64,000 bases of DNA, taken from positions 402,053-466,052 of the forward strand of contig NW_003314372.1 of NCBI RefSeq assembly GCF_000143415.4, in the 5' to 3' direction. Origin of the DNA: Selaginella moellendorffii. Lineage: Eukaryota > Plantae > Lycopodiophyta. The position numbers were made by a program, and so were the translations under genes. A model generated the notes under the pieces. It saw only the letters and a list, made by a program, of their open reading frames with translations. It was not told where the DNA came from and did no database searches. This document shows, piece by piece, positions 1 through 11,212 of the stretch. Position 1 is the stretch's first letter. Every line of letters begins with the position of its first letter.

Positions 1-489
1 AGAAAGAAGGAGAAGGAAGGTAAGGGAGGAAAGAGAAGAGAGTGCAGGAAAGAGGCAATAGAGCGATGAAATATGAGCCAAGAAAGAGGGAGGTTATCAT
101 AGAAGTAAAAGGAGCGGACGATAGACGAGGTGAGGACGATAACACAGATATGGAGAGATGGGGAGGGAAACACCGAACAAGTAGGGCAGGGGGTGCAAGG
201 TAGCCCCCCCCCCGCCTGGGAGACACATTCTTTGGGCTTTCACCCCTCGACCTATATTAGTCCTGTGAGACACAAAATCCCTAGGCCCCAAAGTGGAGCC
301 GGAAAGGCGCCACATGGTAGTGGCCGAAGCGAGAGCCAAACAAGCGTAACACGTTTGGACTAAAAGCTCCGACTTGAAAAGTCAAGAGCGGGAGTGGAAC
401 TCCCAACGAAGTGCTTGAGGAACGAGCACGAAGCGAGCAAAAGGCAAGGCTCCAAAAAGGGACCCAAAAGGACCAACACATGACACGTG

Positions 490-953
490 GGAGTGTCCGA
501 GATGGACTCGAGATGGAGTCCGAAGTGGAGTCCGAGACGGACCCGAGTTGGAGTCCGAAGTGGAGTCCGAGATGGACCCCAGAAGGAGTCCGAGATGGAG
601 TCCGAGATGGAGTCCGAGGTGGACCCGAGATGGACCTGAGTTGGAGTCCGAAGTGGAGTCCGAGATGGACCCGAGATGGAGTCCGAGATGGAGTCCGAGA
701 TGGACCCGAGATGGACCCGAAATGGAGTCCGAGATGGAGTCCGAGATGGACCCGAGATGGAGTCCGAGATGGACCCGAGATGGAGTCCGAGATGGAGTCC
801 GAGGTGGACCTGAGATGGACCCGAAATGGAGTCCGAGATGGAGTCCGAGATGGACCCGAGATGGAGTCCGAGATGGAGTCCGAGATGGACCCGAGATGGA
901 CCCGAGATGGAGTCCGAGATGGAGTCCGAGATGGAGTCCGAAGTCGACACCGA
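490..953 (+). repeat. Tandem array of GAGATGGAGTCC (12-mer) and GAGATGGACCC (11-mer) units in the family A LTR
   Basis: Directly visible. The same array occurs in every A LTR (11440-12050, 21350-21950, 28100-28720, 37440-37975, 42890-43265) and explains the low-complexity ORFs in the track. Confidence 0.95.
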
Positions 954-1914
954 TGTAAGGAACCGACTCCCCGAGATGTCGTAGGCTAAAGGATCCCCAA
1001 AAGCTTGACCGAAATGACAAAGAGTTCATCGGATGGGACCAAGTCGAGGATCGAGTCCAAGACCGACTCTAGGACCGAGTTCGAGATAGAGTCCGGAATC
1101 GAGTCCGAGACCGACTCGGGGACCGAGTTCGAGTCCGAGTTCGAGACCGAGTTCGAGACGGAGTCCGGATCCGAAATCGGGTCCGAGACCGAGTCCGAGG
1201 TCGAGTCCGAGGTCAGGTCCGAGGTCGGGTCCGAGATCGAGTCCGTGATCGAGTCCGAACCCGAATCCGAAGTCAGATCCGAAATCGGGTCCGAGATCGA
1301 GCCAGAGACTAAGTCCAAATACTAATACGGGTCAAGGGGTGAAAGCCCAAAGCGTGCGTCTCCCAGGGGGGGGGGGGCTGCAGGGGGTTCCAAAAGTATA
1401 GTAGGGATAGTGAGGTCCAGGAACCAGTTTAGAAGGGACTCTCCAGTTGGGCTTCCAAACCGACTTGAGGTTGGGACTGGGACCGAGGGGCCTTGGGTGG
1501 GAGTGAGCATGGACTTGGCTGGAGCCGGAGGGGCCATCCAAGGAAGTGCTCAAGAGCAGCTCCCACTCCCGAAAGGGAAACCGATTGCGGTGCTCCCGGC
1601 TCAGGTGGAGTGGTGCCCCACTTGAGTACCTTGTGGCTCATTGGTCCTCGCCCTTCCGGGGGCTTGGGCCTTTCCTTCGGGATGGAAGTGGGGGGGTAGA
1701 GGTACCCATACCGGGCCGTTAGGCCACGGTGTTTCGCCCCGACGTCCCGAAGCAAGTGCTGCACCCAAGGCTTGGGATTTAGAGGGTCCCATGATCAAGC
1801 CTTGTGGTACCTTGGGGTGTTAGGAATCTGGAGGCTTGGTGTGCTTGGCTGCTTGTGCCTGCGGGGAGTGTAGCCGAACCTTAAGTCCAGTCTAACCCGG
1901 GGAGGGGGATTGGG
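954..1914 (+). repeat. B1 5' LTR (visible part; runs into a gap)
   Basis: Matches 7332-7873 and the solo LTR 44016-45162. It contains a hexamer array (GAGTCC/GAGACC/GAGTTC). Confidence 0.95.
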
Positions 1915-2160
1915 NNNNNNNNNNNNNNNNNNNNNNNNNNNNNNNNNNNNNNNNNNNNNNNNNNNNNNNNNNNNNNNNNNNNNNNNNNNNNNNNNNNNNN
2001 NNNNNNNNNNNNNNNNNNNNNNNNNNNNNNNNNNNNNNNNNNNNNNNNNNNNNNNNNNNNNNNNNNNNNNNNNNNNNNNNNNNNNNNNNNNNNNNNNNNN
2101 NNNNNNNNNNNNNNNNNNNNNNNNNNNNNNNNNNNNNNNNNNNAGGCGGATTGCTGGGAG

Positions 2161-3912
2161 ATGGCAAGGGCAGGACGTAAGCGAACCCAGGCGGAGACGG
2201 AACCTCCTCCAGAGCTGGAGCCTCCGGTCAAACAGGAGGCGATGGATGAGGAATCCTTGCATGAGGAGGACTCCAGTGAGGCAACTTCCAAACAGGAGTC
2301 TGGTGGTGAGGTTCGGTCGTCCAAGGCTCGATTGGATGTTCTAGAAGGACAATTGGCACAGACCAATGCCCTGCTAGAGACTCTCGTACGCAAGCTAAAG
2401 CGTGACGAGAAGCGGAAGAAAAAGCGAAAGACTGCGGATGCTGGCAGCGCAGAAGGTGCGGACCCTTCGGCAGGGACTGAGGCAAAACCAGACAAGGTCG
2501 AACAGACCGAAGTGGAATCAGTCCCTCAGGCAGTTCCCAAGTACAAACCGAAGCCCCCACCGGTCTTCAAGGGAGTGAATGACTATAAGGTGGTGGAGGA
2601 TTGGTTTTACGATATGGAGGACTACTTCCGAGCGTTGCGATTACCGAGCTCGGAGAAGGTCCCATGTGCAAAACCATACTTGGCAGATAATGCCAAGTCT
2701 TGGTGGAGAACAACGGAGGCCAACGAAGGACCGGTGGCCACTTGGGAAATGATGAAGGCGAGGATCCGCGCGACATACGTTCCTCCGAATGCCACTCTGC
2801 ATCTGAGAGATGAGCTGAGTAGGCTGAAGCAGACTGGAACCATCCAGGAATATGTGAATGGGTTCATGGCAAAGAGGATACTTGTCACGGACATGGGGGA
2901 TATGGATGCGTTCCATGCCTTTATATCAGGTTTGCAAACCTGGGCTCGCGGTGAAGTGATGCGCTGGAACCCGACCAACTACAAGGAAGCGTTGGATGCG
3001 GCCATCAAGGTGCATTTCAACGATAACCTGCGAAAGGGGAACACGACGGGGTCGGGATCCACGTTTCACAAAGGGGCCAAACCGAGGGGAACATATAGCA
3101 GGGGGAAATTCAAGAAGAGTTTCTCTAAGAATGAGTCCTCGGGATTCCGGAAAGGCAAATCCGGTGGCCAGCGAGCAAGTACGTGGGGGAGTCAAGCGAA
3201 AAGAGACAAACCCACGGATAAGAAGGTCAAGTCATATAGCAGCGTGGGAAACAACGTATGCTACAACTGCGGTGAAGCGGGACACTTTTCGAGGGAATGT
3301 CCCTACCCGAAGAAGGCCAGAGCCAATATGGCCATCAAGTCGGGTGAAGTCCAAAATGAGGTATGTGATCCAGTCCCTAACTCAAAGTTACTCATTACAC
3401 GAGCAACTTTGGTAGAGAGTCGTTCGCGACGTCTACTAGCCCTCCGAGGGAAGCTCGGAGGTAGCTTTGTTAAGATCCTTATTGACACGGGTGCTTCGGA
3501 TAATTTTGTGGCTGCAGACATAGTCCGGCAAGCCGGACTAACGGTGCAGCGGCTAGGCGAACCAAGGACTATAGAGTTTGTTCAAGGTAGCCAAAGCACC
3601 GATGAGGTACTTCGACAAGCGAGAGTCGAAGTGGGGACTTGGAAGGTGGACATGGATTTCACCGTGTTGGACATGGCGGGATTTGACGTGATCTTCGGAA
3701 TAGACTGGTTCAATCGATTCGTGGTAGCCCTGCATGGTCAAGGTAGAAACCTTGTGGTACTGGCGAATGCCCAAGGAAGAAGATCTAGGGTGGAAGCCCA
3801 GGATCTAAAGGTAGGGCAAAGCAAGGCCAAAGAATCCTGCTTAAACCTGGTGTCCACGAGAGGACAACTCACTAAAGGACTAAGGCAGCCTTTTTGTGCT
3901 TACTCTCGGTGA
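2161..3912 (+). CDS. gag: Gag-protease polyprotein (retrotransposon gag, CCHC zinc knuckle, aspartic protease)
   Basis: 583-aa ORF with the [10 protein letters not shown] gag motif, the [15 protein letters not shown] zinc knuckle and the LIDTGAS protease active site. Confidence 0.95.
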   Translation: MARAGRKRTQAETEPPPELEPPVKQEAMDEESLHEEDSSEATSKQESGGEVRSSKARLDVLEGQLAQTNALLETLVRKLKRDEKRKKKRKTADAGSAEGADPSAGTEAKPDKVEQTEVESVPQAVPKYKPKPPPVFKGVNDYKVVEDWFYDMEDYFRALRLPSSEKVPCAKPYLADNAKSWWRTTEANEGPVATWEMMKARIRATYVPPNATLHLRDELSRLKQTGTIQEYVNGFMAKRILVTDMGDMDAFHAFISGLQTWARGEVMRWNPTNYKEALDAAIKVHFNDNLRKGNTTGSGSTFHKGAKPRGTYSRGKFKKSFSKNESSGFRKGKSGGQRASTWGSQAKRDKPTDKKVKSYSSVGNNVCYNCGEAGHFSRECPYPKKARANMAIKSGEVQNEVCDPVPNSKLLITRATLVESRSRRLLALRGKLGGSFVKILIDTGASDNFVAADIVRQAGLTVQRLGEPRTIEFVQGSQSTDEVLRQARVEVGTWKVDMDFTVLDMAGFDVIFGIDWFNRFVVALHGQGRNLVVLANAQGRRSRVEAQDLKVGQSKAKESCLNLVSTRGQLTKGLRQPFCAYSR

Positions 3913-6900
3913 AGAGTGACAAAAAGACAAGAACGGAAGAAGTGCCTTTAGTGATCCAGCGAGTGTTGGACCAATTCCAGGATACCATGCCGGAGGAGCT
4001 ACCGGCGGGGTTGCCCCCCGCACGACCGATAGAACATAAGATTGAGCTGGTCGAGGGCGCTGAGGCAGTGGTTCGTCCACCCTATCGTTTGAACGAAAAG
4101 GAACTCAAGGAGCTCAAGTGCCAACTAGAGGAGTTGGTGGACAAAGGGTATGTTAGGTTGAGCAAGTCGCTATATGGGGCGCCGGTATTATTTGTGAAAA
4201 AGAAAGATGGATCTATGCGCATGTGCATAGATTACCGGTTGCTCAACAAGTATACCAAGAAGAACAAGTACCCTTTGCCAAGGATTGAGGACCTGTTCGA
4301 TAGGTTGGGAAAGGCAAAATACTTCTCGAGGATTGACCTAAGGTCAGGATACTACCAGATCAGGGTAGCTGAGGAAGATGTCGAGAAGACAACCTGTCGA
4401 ACAAGGTATGGGAGCTTTGAGTTTCTAGTGATGCCCTTTGGGCTCTGCAATGCGCCGGCAACGTTTTCGGCGTTGATGAACCACATCTTTGTACCCTATC
4501 TGGATCACTTCGTGGTCGTCTATATTGACGACATCCTGATCTATAGCGAGACGCTAGAGGAGCATGCCGAACACTTGGCGAAGGTGTTTGAGAAACTAAG
4601 GGAACACAAACTGTATGCTAAAGAGAGCAAATGTGACTTTGCTCAACAAGAGGTAAAGTTTCTCGGGCATGTGGTGGGCCAGGACGGGCTCAAGGTGGAC
4701 CCGGAGAAGGTCCAAGCGATCCAGGAATGGGAGCGACCATCGAATGTACATGAGTTGAGGGCGTTCCTGGGGCTATGCAACTACTATCGAAAGTTTATCA
4801 GACACTATTCGAGAGTAGCCCTGCCCTTAACGGACCAAACAGGAAAAGGGAAGATGGTATGGACAGCAGAATGCGAGGCGGCATTCGTCCACCTCAAAGG
4901 GAAGTTGAGGAAGGCTCCCGTATTGGCATTACCAGACTTTGGTAAGGACTTTGAGGTAGAAACGGATGCTTCGGACTTTGCGTTGGGCGCAGTTTTGAAG
5001 CAGGACAACCATCCGGTAGCGTTCTTCTCGAAGAAGCTGGACAAGGCTCAACGGAAGTGGCCTGCCCACGAGAAGGAATTGTTTGCGGTGGTCAAGGCAC
5101 TCAAGGAGTGGCGACACTACCTTGGGAGACACTTCAAGGTTTACACGGACAATGTGGCAACGAAACACTTCTTGTCACAGCCCGACCTAAGAGGGAAACA
5201 AGGTCGGTGGGCCAATGCCTTGGCTGAGTTTGATTGCGAGATTCTGTACAAGCCTGGGAAGAGCAACATCGTGGCAGATGCGCTAAGTCGAAAAGCGAGC
5301 TTGAGGTTGGCAATATCCAGCGCAACAGCAACCTTCTGGGACGATGTGCGGACAGCATATGAGAACGATGGTCTAGCACAAGAAGTGTTGCTGAGGAATC
5401 TAGAGGCGCGGGAAGCTCACCAGAGAGGTGAGCTGCCAACGGAAGAGAAAACGGGCTATGCGGAACGCAACGGACTCATCTATTACAAGCAAACGAGGGT
5501 GTATGTTCCAGAAGGGGAACTAAGGAAGGTGGCCTTAGAAGAGTGTCATGACGGACCTCTTGCGGGACACGGCGGAGTGCCCAAGACAATGGGCTTACTC
5601 AAAAGGAAGTACCATTGGCCAGATATGGCTAAGGACGTCCAAGACTATGTAAAGACATGCCCAACATGTCAGCAGGTAAAAGCCGTGACTAAGGCTAGTG
5701 GGGGCTTGTTGCAAAGCATCCCCATTCCAGATCGCCCGTGGAAATGTCTTACGATGGACTTCATCACGGGACTCCCCCCAAGCGAGGGGTTTGATGCGAT
5801 ATTCGTGGTGGTGGACCGATTTTCGAAAATGGCACATTTCATACCCACCACAACGGACGTGGATGCGGAAGGTGTGGCGAAGCTGTTCTTCGAACAAGTG
5901 GTTCGAGTGCGGGTAAGGCCGGANNNNNNNNNNNNNNNNNNNNNNNNNNNNNNNNNNNNNNNNNNNNNNNNNNNNNNNNNNNNNNNNNNNNNNNNNNNNN
6001 NNNNNNNNNNNNNNNNNNNNNNNNNNNNNNNNNNNNNNNNNNNNNNNNNNNNNNNNNNNNNNNNNNNNNNNNNNNNNNNNNNNNNNNNNNNNNNNNNNNN
6101 NNNNNNNNNNNNNNNNNNNNNNNNNNNNNNNNNNNNNNNNNNNNNNNNNNNNNNNNNNNNNNNNNNNNNNNNNNNNNNNNNNNNNNNNNNNNNNNNNNNN
6201 NNNNNNNNNNNNNNNNNNNNNNNNNNNNNNNNNNNNNNNNNNNNNNNNNNNNNNNNNNNNNNNNNNNNNNNNNNNNNNNNNNNNNNNNNNNNNNNNNNNN
6301 NNNNNNNNNNNNNNNNNNNNNNNNNNNNNNNNNNNNNNNNNNNNNNNNNNNNNNNNNNNACGGGCTCAACAAAGGCAAACCAAATACGCGAACCAGAAGC
6401 GTCGGGAGGTAGAGTTCCAAGCTGGGGAGAAGGTGTGGCTGAACACCAAGAACCTCAGACTACCAAGTGGGATCAGCCGAAAGTTGACCCAAAGGTAAAG
6501 ATGCATGTATTCCCGTAAATGAATTGATCTTGAGTTCCTTAAGCAGGTTCGCGGGGCCTTACGAGATTGAGGCACGAATCGGTAAAGTGGCTTACCGACT
6601 CCGACTTCCTCGAGAGATGGGGAAGATGCACCCAGTGTTCCACGTGAACTTACTCAAGCCGTACTTTGAGGATCCGCTTCGCAAGGACCAAGTGAGACCT
6701 TTACCTGAGGTTATCCAAGGGGAAGAGGAATACGAAGTCGAGGCCATCCTCAATGCGCGCAAGAGCAAGCGACAAGGACGCGAGGTGAGAGAGTTCCATG
6801 TGAAGTGGAAAGGATTTCCACACTGCGAAGCAACATGGGAACCGGAGGAGAACCTAGCGAACGCCCGAGATCTAGTGGAGGAATTTCTGCAAGGCAGAAC

Positions 6901-6928
6901 TCTATGTACTTATGCAAAATTCAATTAA
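3894..6928 (+). CDS. pol: Pol (RT, RNase H, integrase, chromodomain); exons ~3894-6494 (with an N gap) and 6547-6928
   Basis: RT motifs [18 protein letters not shown] and YIDDILI; RNase H ETDASD; integrase HHCC and [12 protein letters not shown]. After removing 6495-6546 the frame reads KLTQRFAGPY (GPY/F motif) and then the chromodomain [22 protein letters not shown]. Confidence 0.93.
6495..6546 (+). other. 52-nt GT-AG intron within the integrase
   Basis: The junctions are AAAG|GTAAAG...TTAAGCAG|GTTC. Removal restores the GPY/F motif, while retention gives AGG TAA (immediate stop). The same 52-nt intron is present in copy B2 (14751-14802, minus strand). Confidence 0.85.
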
Positions 6929-7023
6929 AAATATAAGTTTGCAAAGTTGAGCTAATGGCATATGTTGGGACCCAAAGGCGCGCCAAAGGTAAGCTAATTA
7001 GCATGGGTTGGATAGGTCGACCA

Positions 7024-7265
7024 GGCGTAGGGCACTACGCCCGACTCCCCGCGGGGATGTCGAATCCGTAGACGTATTCTACGGAGGTTGGGTTCGAGTC
7101 CCAACCCCCTAGTAAAGCAAGGCTGGGTTCAAGTCCCGACCCTATACTAGGGCGTGGTGAAGTGAGGAATATAGGGACACCTATATTCCGTTGTCATGGG
7201 CTCTTGGCCGGGGAGGCTAACTTAGGCACACCGCTAAGTGGGGGGATGCCCCCGGAGACATGGAC
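7024..7265 (+). ncRNA. Structured cis-RNA module in the B 3' UTR with two T-loop (TTCRAGT) hairpins
   Basis: Consecutive hairpins GGCGTAG-GGCA-CTACGCC, TCCGTAGA-CGTAT-TCTACGGA, GGTTGGG-TTCGAGT-CCCAACC and GGAATATAGG-GACA-CCTATATTCC. A homologue with compensatory changes lies in family A (32202-32430). Confidence 0.7.
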
Positions 7266-7317
7266 GACAAGTCGTAGGATAAAACGAGACATTCGATGTG
7301 GGCATCGAACTTCTTCT

Positions 7318-7331
7318 ATGGGTGGTGGAGT
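7318..7331 (+). other. Polypurine tract of B1
   Basis: ATGGGTGGTGGAGT directly before the 3' LTR TG; identical in family A. Confidence 0.9.
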
Positions 7332-7873
7332 TGTAAGGAACCGACTCCCCGAGATGTCGTAGGCTAAAGGATCCCCAAAAGCTTGACCAAAATGACAAAG
7401 AGTTCATCGGATGGGACCAAGTCGAGGATCGAGTCCAAGACCGACTCTAGGACCGAGTTCGAGATAGAGTCCGGAATCGAGTCCGAGACCGACTCGGGGA
7501 CCGAGTTCGAGTCCGAGTTCGAGACCGAGTTCGAGACGGAGTCCGGATCCGAAATCGGGTCCGAGACCGAGTCCGAGGTCGAGTCCGAGGTCGGGTCCGA
7601 GGTCGGGTCCGAGATCGAGTCCGTGATCGAGTCCGAACCCGAATCCGAAGTCGGATCCGAAATCGGGTCCGAGATCGAGCCAGAGACTAAGTCCAAATAC
7701 TAATACGGGTCAAGGGGTGAAAGCCCAAAGCGTGCGTCTCCCAGGGGGGGGGGGCTGCAGGGGGTTCCAAAAGTATAGTAGGGATAGTGAGGTCCAGGAA
7801 CCAGTTTAGAAGGGACTCTCCAGTTGGGCTTCCAAACCGACTTGAGGTTGGGACTGGGACCGAGGGGCCTTGG
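7332..7873 (+). repeat. B1 3' LTR (visible part)
   Basis: Near-identical to 954-1496. Confidence 0.95.
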
Positions 7874-10800
7874 NNNNNNNNNNNNNNNNNNNNNNNNNNN
7901 NNNNNNNNNNNNNNNNNNNNNNNNNNNNNNNNNNNNNNNNNNNNNNNNNNNNNNNNNNNNNNNNNNNNNNNNNCGGGACAACTCATCATATGAGGGATGA
8001 GATAGAGAGTATCTTATCGATGGCAAAATGTGCCATGCTAAAGTTATGGGAAAGGTGTTTCCAGAAGAAAACAACTTTGACACAAAGTTGTGTGTGACCT
8101 CTATGGTGTAGTGCTAACGGATGGTTGGCATGAGAAAGAGCGGTGTTGGTCTTGGCAAAGACTTAAACACGAAGGGGAAGTGTCATAGAGGTAGGCTCGT
8201 GGAGTTGATGGTGTGAAGACACCAAATGTGCCAAGATGTGATACCTTGAGGCTATGTTGGTGGGTTCATGAGAACCCCTTGCCAAAGGAATCCCAATGGA
8301 AATGGGAATGGCATAGCCTAAGCGGCAGAGCATATAGTTGGAGTGCGGTGACCCAGATAATGATGGAGGTGTGCAAGCACCAAGCAATGAGTTGTAGGAC
8401 TTGACAATTATGAGGAAACTAAGCAAGAGGTGCAAAATAACTGGTTAAACGGGTAGAAGGTAGCTACCCAAGACTTCTAGCATAGGGAAGTCGGATATAC
8501 CCTTACGGGGGATAAGTTACTTGTGTTGCGATATAGTAGGTCAATGTCATAAAAGGAAATACTCATTGTCAAGAAAGCCATCATTGGGACACCCGAACAC
8601 TCTAGAACACCAGAAGGTGGTGTTTGATGTCGCGAGGGTAATGGATAAAGCCCAAGGGACTAAGTCCCTAGCGAATGATGGATAGAAGGTGCTATCCAAA
8701 TGTCCAAGGTTGCGGAGACAGGAGAGGACTGTCTACCCGAGTTGGACAAAGCCAAAAATGGAATTTTGGCAAGGCTAGTGATGGGCATGTAAAGGCCCAT
8801 AAGCAACAATGTAATCCCAGTGTGTTGGATTATAAGGTGAGCATACCCGGATTGAGGAACCACTCCCTAGGTTATTGGGTAGGTTCATCCCTAAGAATAC
8901 TTGCTAAGGCATGATAGAAAGTGCAAAGCTATCCTCCTGGTCTGGAGGAGAATGACCAAAGGAAAGGTGTGAAGCCAAAAAGCAAGAAGTAAAGGGATAG
9001 AACCGAACCATAGGAATCAAAGGGCATAACCAAGGTTGGTTATGCCAGCTGGGACTGGAGAATCAAGAGGGTGCTCGAGGATGTTGTTGCTAACAACCGT
9101 GATGCCATAGAGAGTATAAAATACTAATGTCCATGTTAGACTATATGNNNNNNNNNNNNNNNNNNNNNNNNNNNNNNNNNNNNNNNNNNNNNNNNNNNNN
9201 NNNNNNNNNNNNNNNNNNNNNNNNNNNNNNNNNNNNNNNNNNNNNNNNNNNNNNNNNNNNNNNNNNNNNNNNNNNNNNNNNTTAGAGTGGCGCAGCAGAA
9301 GCGTGGTCTTGAAGCTTGCCATGAGGCAAGGTTATCAAGGTTAGGGAAGTAGTTCCCGAGTGTTCAAAGAGAGGGCTTTGAACAAAAGTTGATGGTCAAG
9401 GACTTTCACGCTTATGCAGGAACCATGTTACAATGGTCGGAGAACTTGCCAAGTGAGATTGGCACGTCGGGGGAACAAAGACCCTAGTTGAAGGTGATAA
9501 CTTCAAAAAGGGTGGGCCATGGGGCCGAGCATGGAGGAGTCCATGCATGATCACAGACATGTCAAGTGAGAGGACTTGGCAGTGTGGAGGAACTAGGTTC
9601 CTAAGCTGTGATCTGTAGCGCGCTTTAAAAATAGGTTGGTGCACCGGTGTGGGGAGTCACACCAGGCATCTAGTGTGATGCCGTCCGTAGATGCATATAC
9701 GGAGGTTGGGTTCGAGTCCCGACCCTCTACTGCTTGGGTTCGAGTCCCAAATCACTAGGGCGTGGTGATGGTTTGGAATATGAGGACACTCATATTTCGG
9801 TGGTCATGGACTCTCAGTGGGGAGACTGGTTTGGGCACACCGCCAAGCGAGGGATGCCTCGGAGTCGTGATGCACGGTTAGATTGCTTAGTGTGAAAGCT
9901 CAGCATATCTAACTTGAACACTTTGGTGCAAGTGGCACCAAGGTCGTGGTGAGTGAGATGGGGACACCTAATCTCAGTTGCTATGAACCCTTGGCCGTAA
10001 GGGCTAGCTTGGGTGCACCGCCAAGTGTGGGGGATGCCCCCGGGGTTATAGTCAACAACTTGGAGGTCTAGAAAACCAAGTACCTCTTGGCAACTCTGTT
10101 AAGGTGCCAAGGTGAGATCACTAGGTGATCTTATGGCCAGATAAGGACAAGGTCCTTGGTTGGCTAAGGAATGAAGTTCCTGGTTCAAAATGTTGAAATT
10201 GAACTGTTTAAGGTGGTGTGGCTTGGTCGTGATAACCAAGTGGGAAGAGCACCTAAGGGAAATAAACTATGTCCGTGCGATGGCATAGTGAGTCCGAGGA
10301 AAGTAGTCTCTATAAAAGACCCATGGGAGGGTCACGAAGTTGGGCCGTGGATAGAGCCCATAGCAGAAGATGCTAAAGAGACGTACTAGGGGTGAACGTC
10401 CTCCGGACTTGGCAAAGAAGAGTCTTTGCTATGGAACCGAAACAATACCTCAAGGAGGGAGGTAGAGATTCGATGTTGCTTGGTGCAACAATCAACGGAT
10501 AGGAGCAAAAGATGAGTGGCCAAGATAGGGCCGTGGAATCCCTTGGAAGGAATCCAAGTGACAAAGTTAGGCGAGGAACACTAATGTGTTGGACACTAAC
10601 AAGTTGCGGGAAAGGAAGTGTGTTTCCAAGGAGGGATTCCGAAATGCTCCGATTTGGCGAAAGTGGAAGCTCCAAGGGAGGGAGCGGTAAGGTAGCCAAA
10701 TGATAGGGCCATGAACAGCCCTAGCACAAAGTATGATAACTGGAACTTTGGCACGAAATAGAAGAGAGGATGATGGTGCCCTCGAGTAGAGAACTTCCTA

Positions 10801-11212
10801 GGATGGGAAGTGGAGTTGCACAAAAGGTGCAAGGCAAGGTGTCGGAGACACCTAGGAAATTGACTCCAAGAAGTCAAAATTCAAAGTTCCAAAGTGCAAA
10901 GGTTATATCGATGGAAATTGAGACTACTCGAGAAGGAGTAGTGGGATTGACTTAGAGAAGGGTCTCTAAGAGGTTTAGCGAGAACTAAACCAATAAAAGG
11001 AGAGAACCATTACATGTGGTCCAATCAGTCTCTAAGTTGGAGAGACTACGCTCCTTAAAGGATGGACAAGGCATGGTGAGCCTTTGGTGTCAAACCATAG
11101 ACAAAGATTGGCTAGGTGCCAAGGATGGAAATGGTAACATGTGTGGGTGTTACTTTATGAAAGGGTTTACCGTTCGATGAGGACATCGAACTTCGTCTAT
11201 GGGTGGTGGAGT

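Larger units (their letters stand above)
954..7873 (+). mobile_element. Ty3/Gypsy chromovirus LTR retrotransposon, family B, copy B1 (young; 3' end lost in an N gap)
   Basis: Near-identical LTRs start TGTAAGGAACCGAC at 954 and 7332. Domain order is gag-PR-RT-RH-INT-chromodomain. The PPT is at 7318-7331. It is inserted in the repeat array of the A1 5' LTR. Confidence 0.97.

Noticed and set aside
1-200. Purine-rich stretch at the window start
   Set aside because: It is low complexity with no assignable feature and does not match the expected continuation of the B LTR.
360-1325. Many long ORFs (SDSIS/ESE/WSPR/LGL repeats), also at 11150-12938, 21075-22194, 27604-28946, 37192-38097 and 42677-43538
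   Set aside because: They are by-products of stop-poor 6/11/12-bp tandem repeats in LTRs, open in several frames on both strands and variable between copies.
5904-6518. Track translation of Pol across the N gap ending ...KMHVFP
   Set aside because: The gap length is approximate. The real frame after the gap is [19 protein letters not shown], and the bases next to the gap look unreliable.
6893-7016. Further introns after the chromodomain (AT-rich stretch, AAAG|GTAAGC)
   Set aside because: The nearby acceptors give implausibly short introns and there is no coding constraint to test. Unresolved without RNA data.
7086-7141. Bona fide tRNA genes at the GGTTCGAGTCCC motifs
   Set aside because: There is no acceptor stem, D-loop or 7-nt anticodon loop at canonical spacing. 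Reported as a T-loop module instead.
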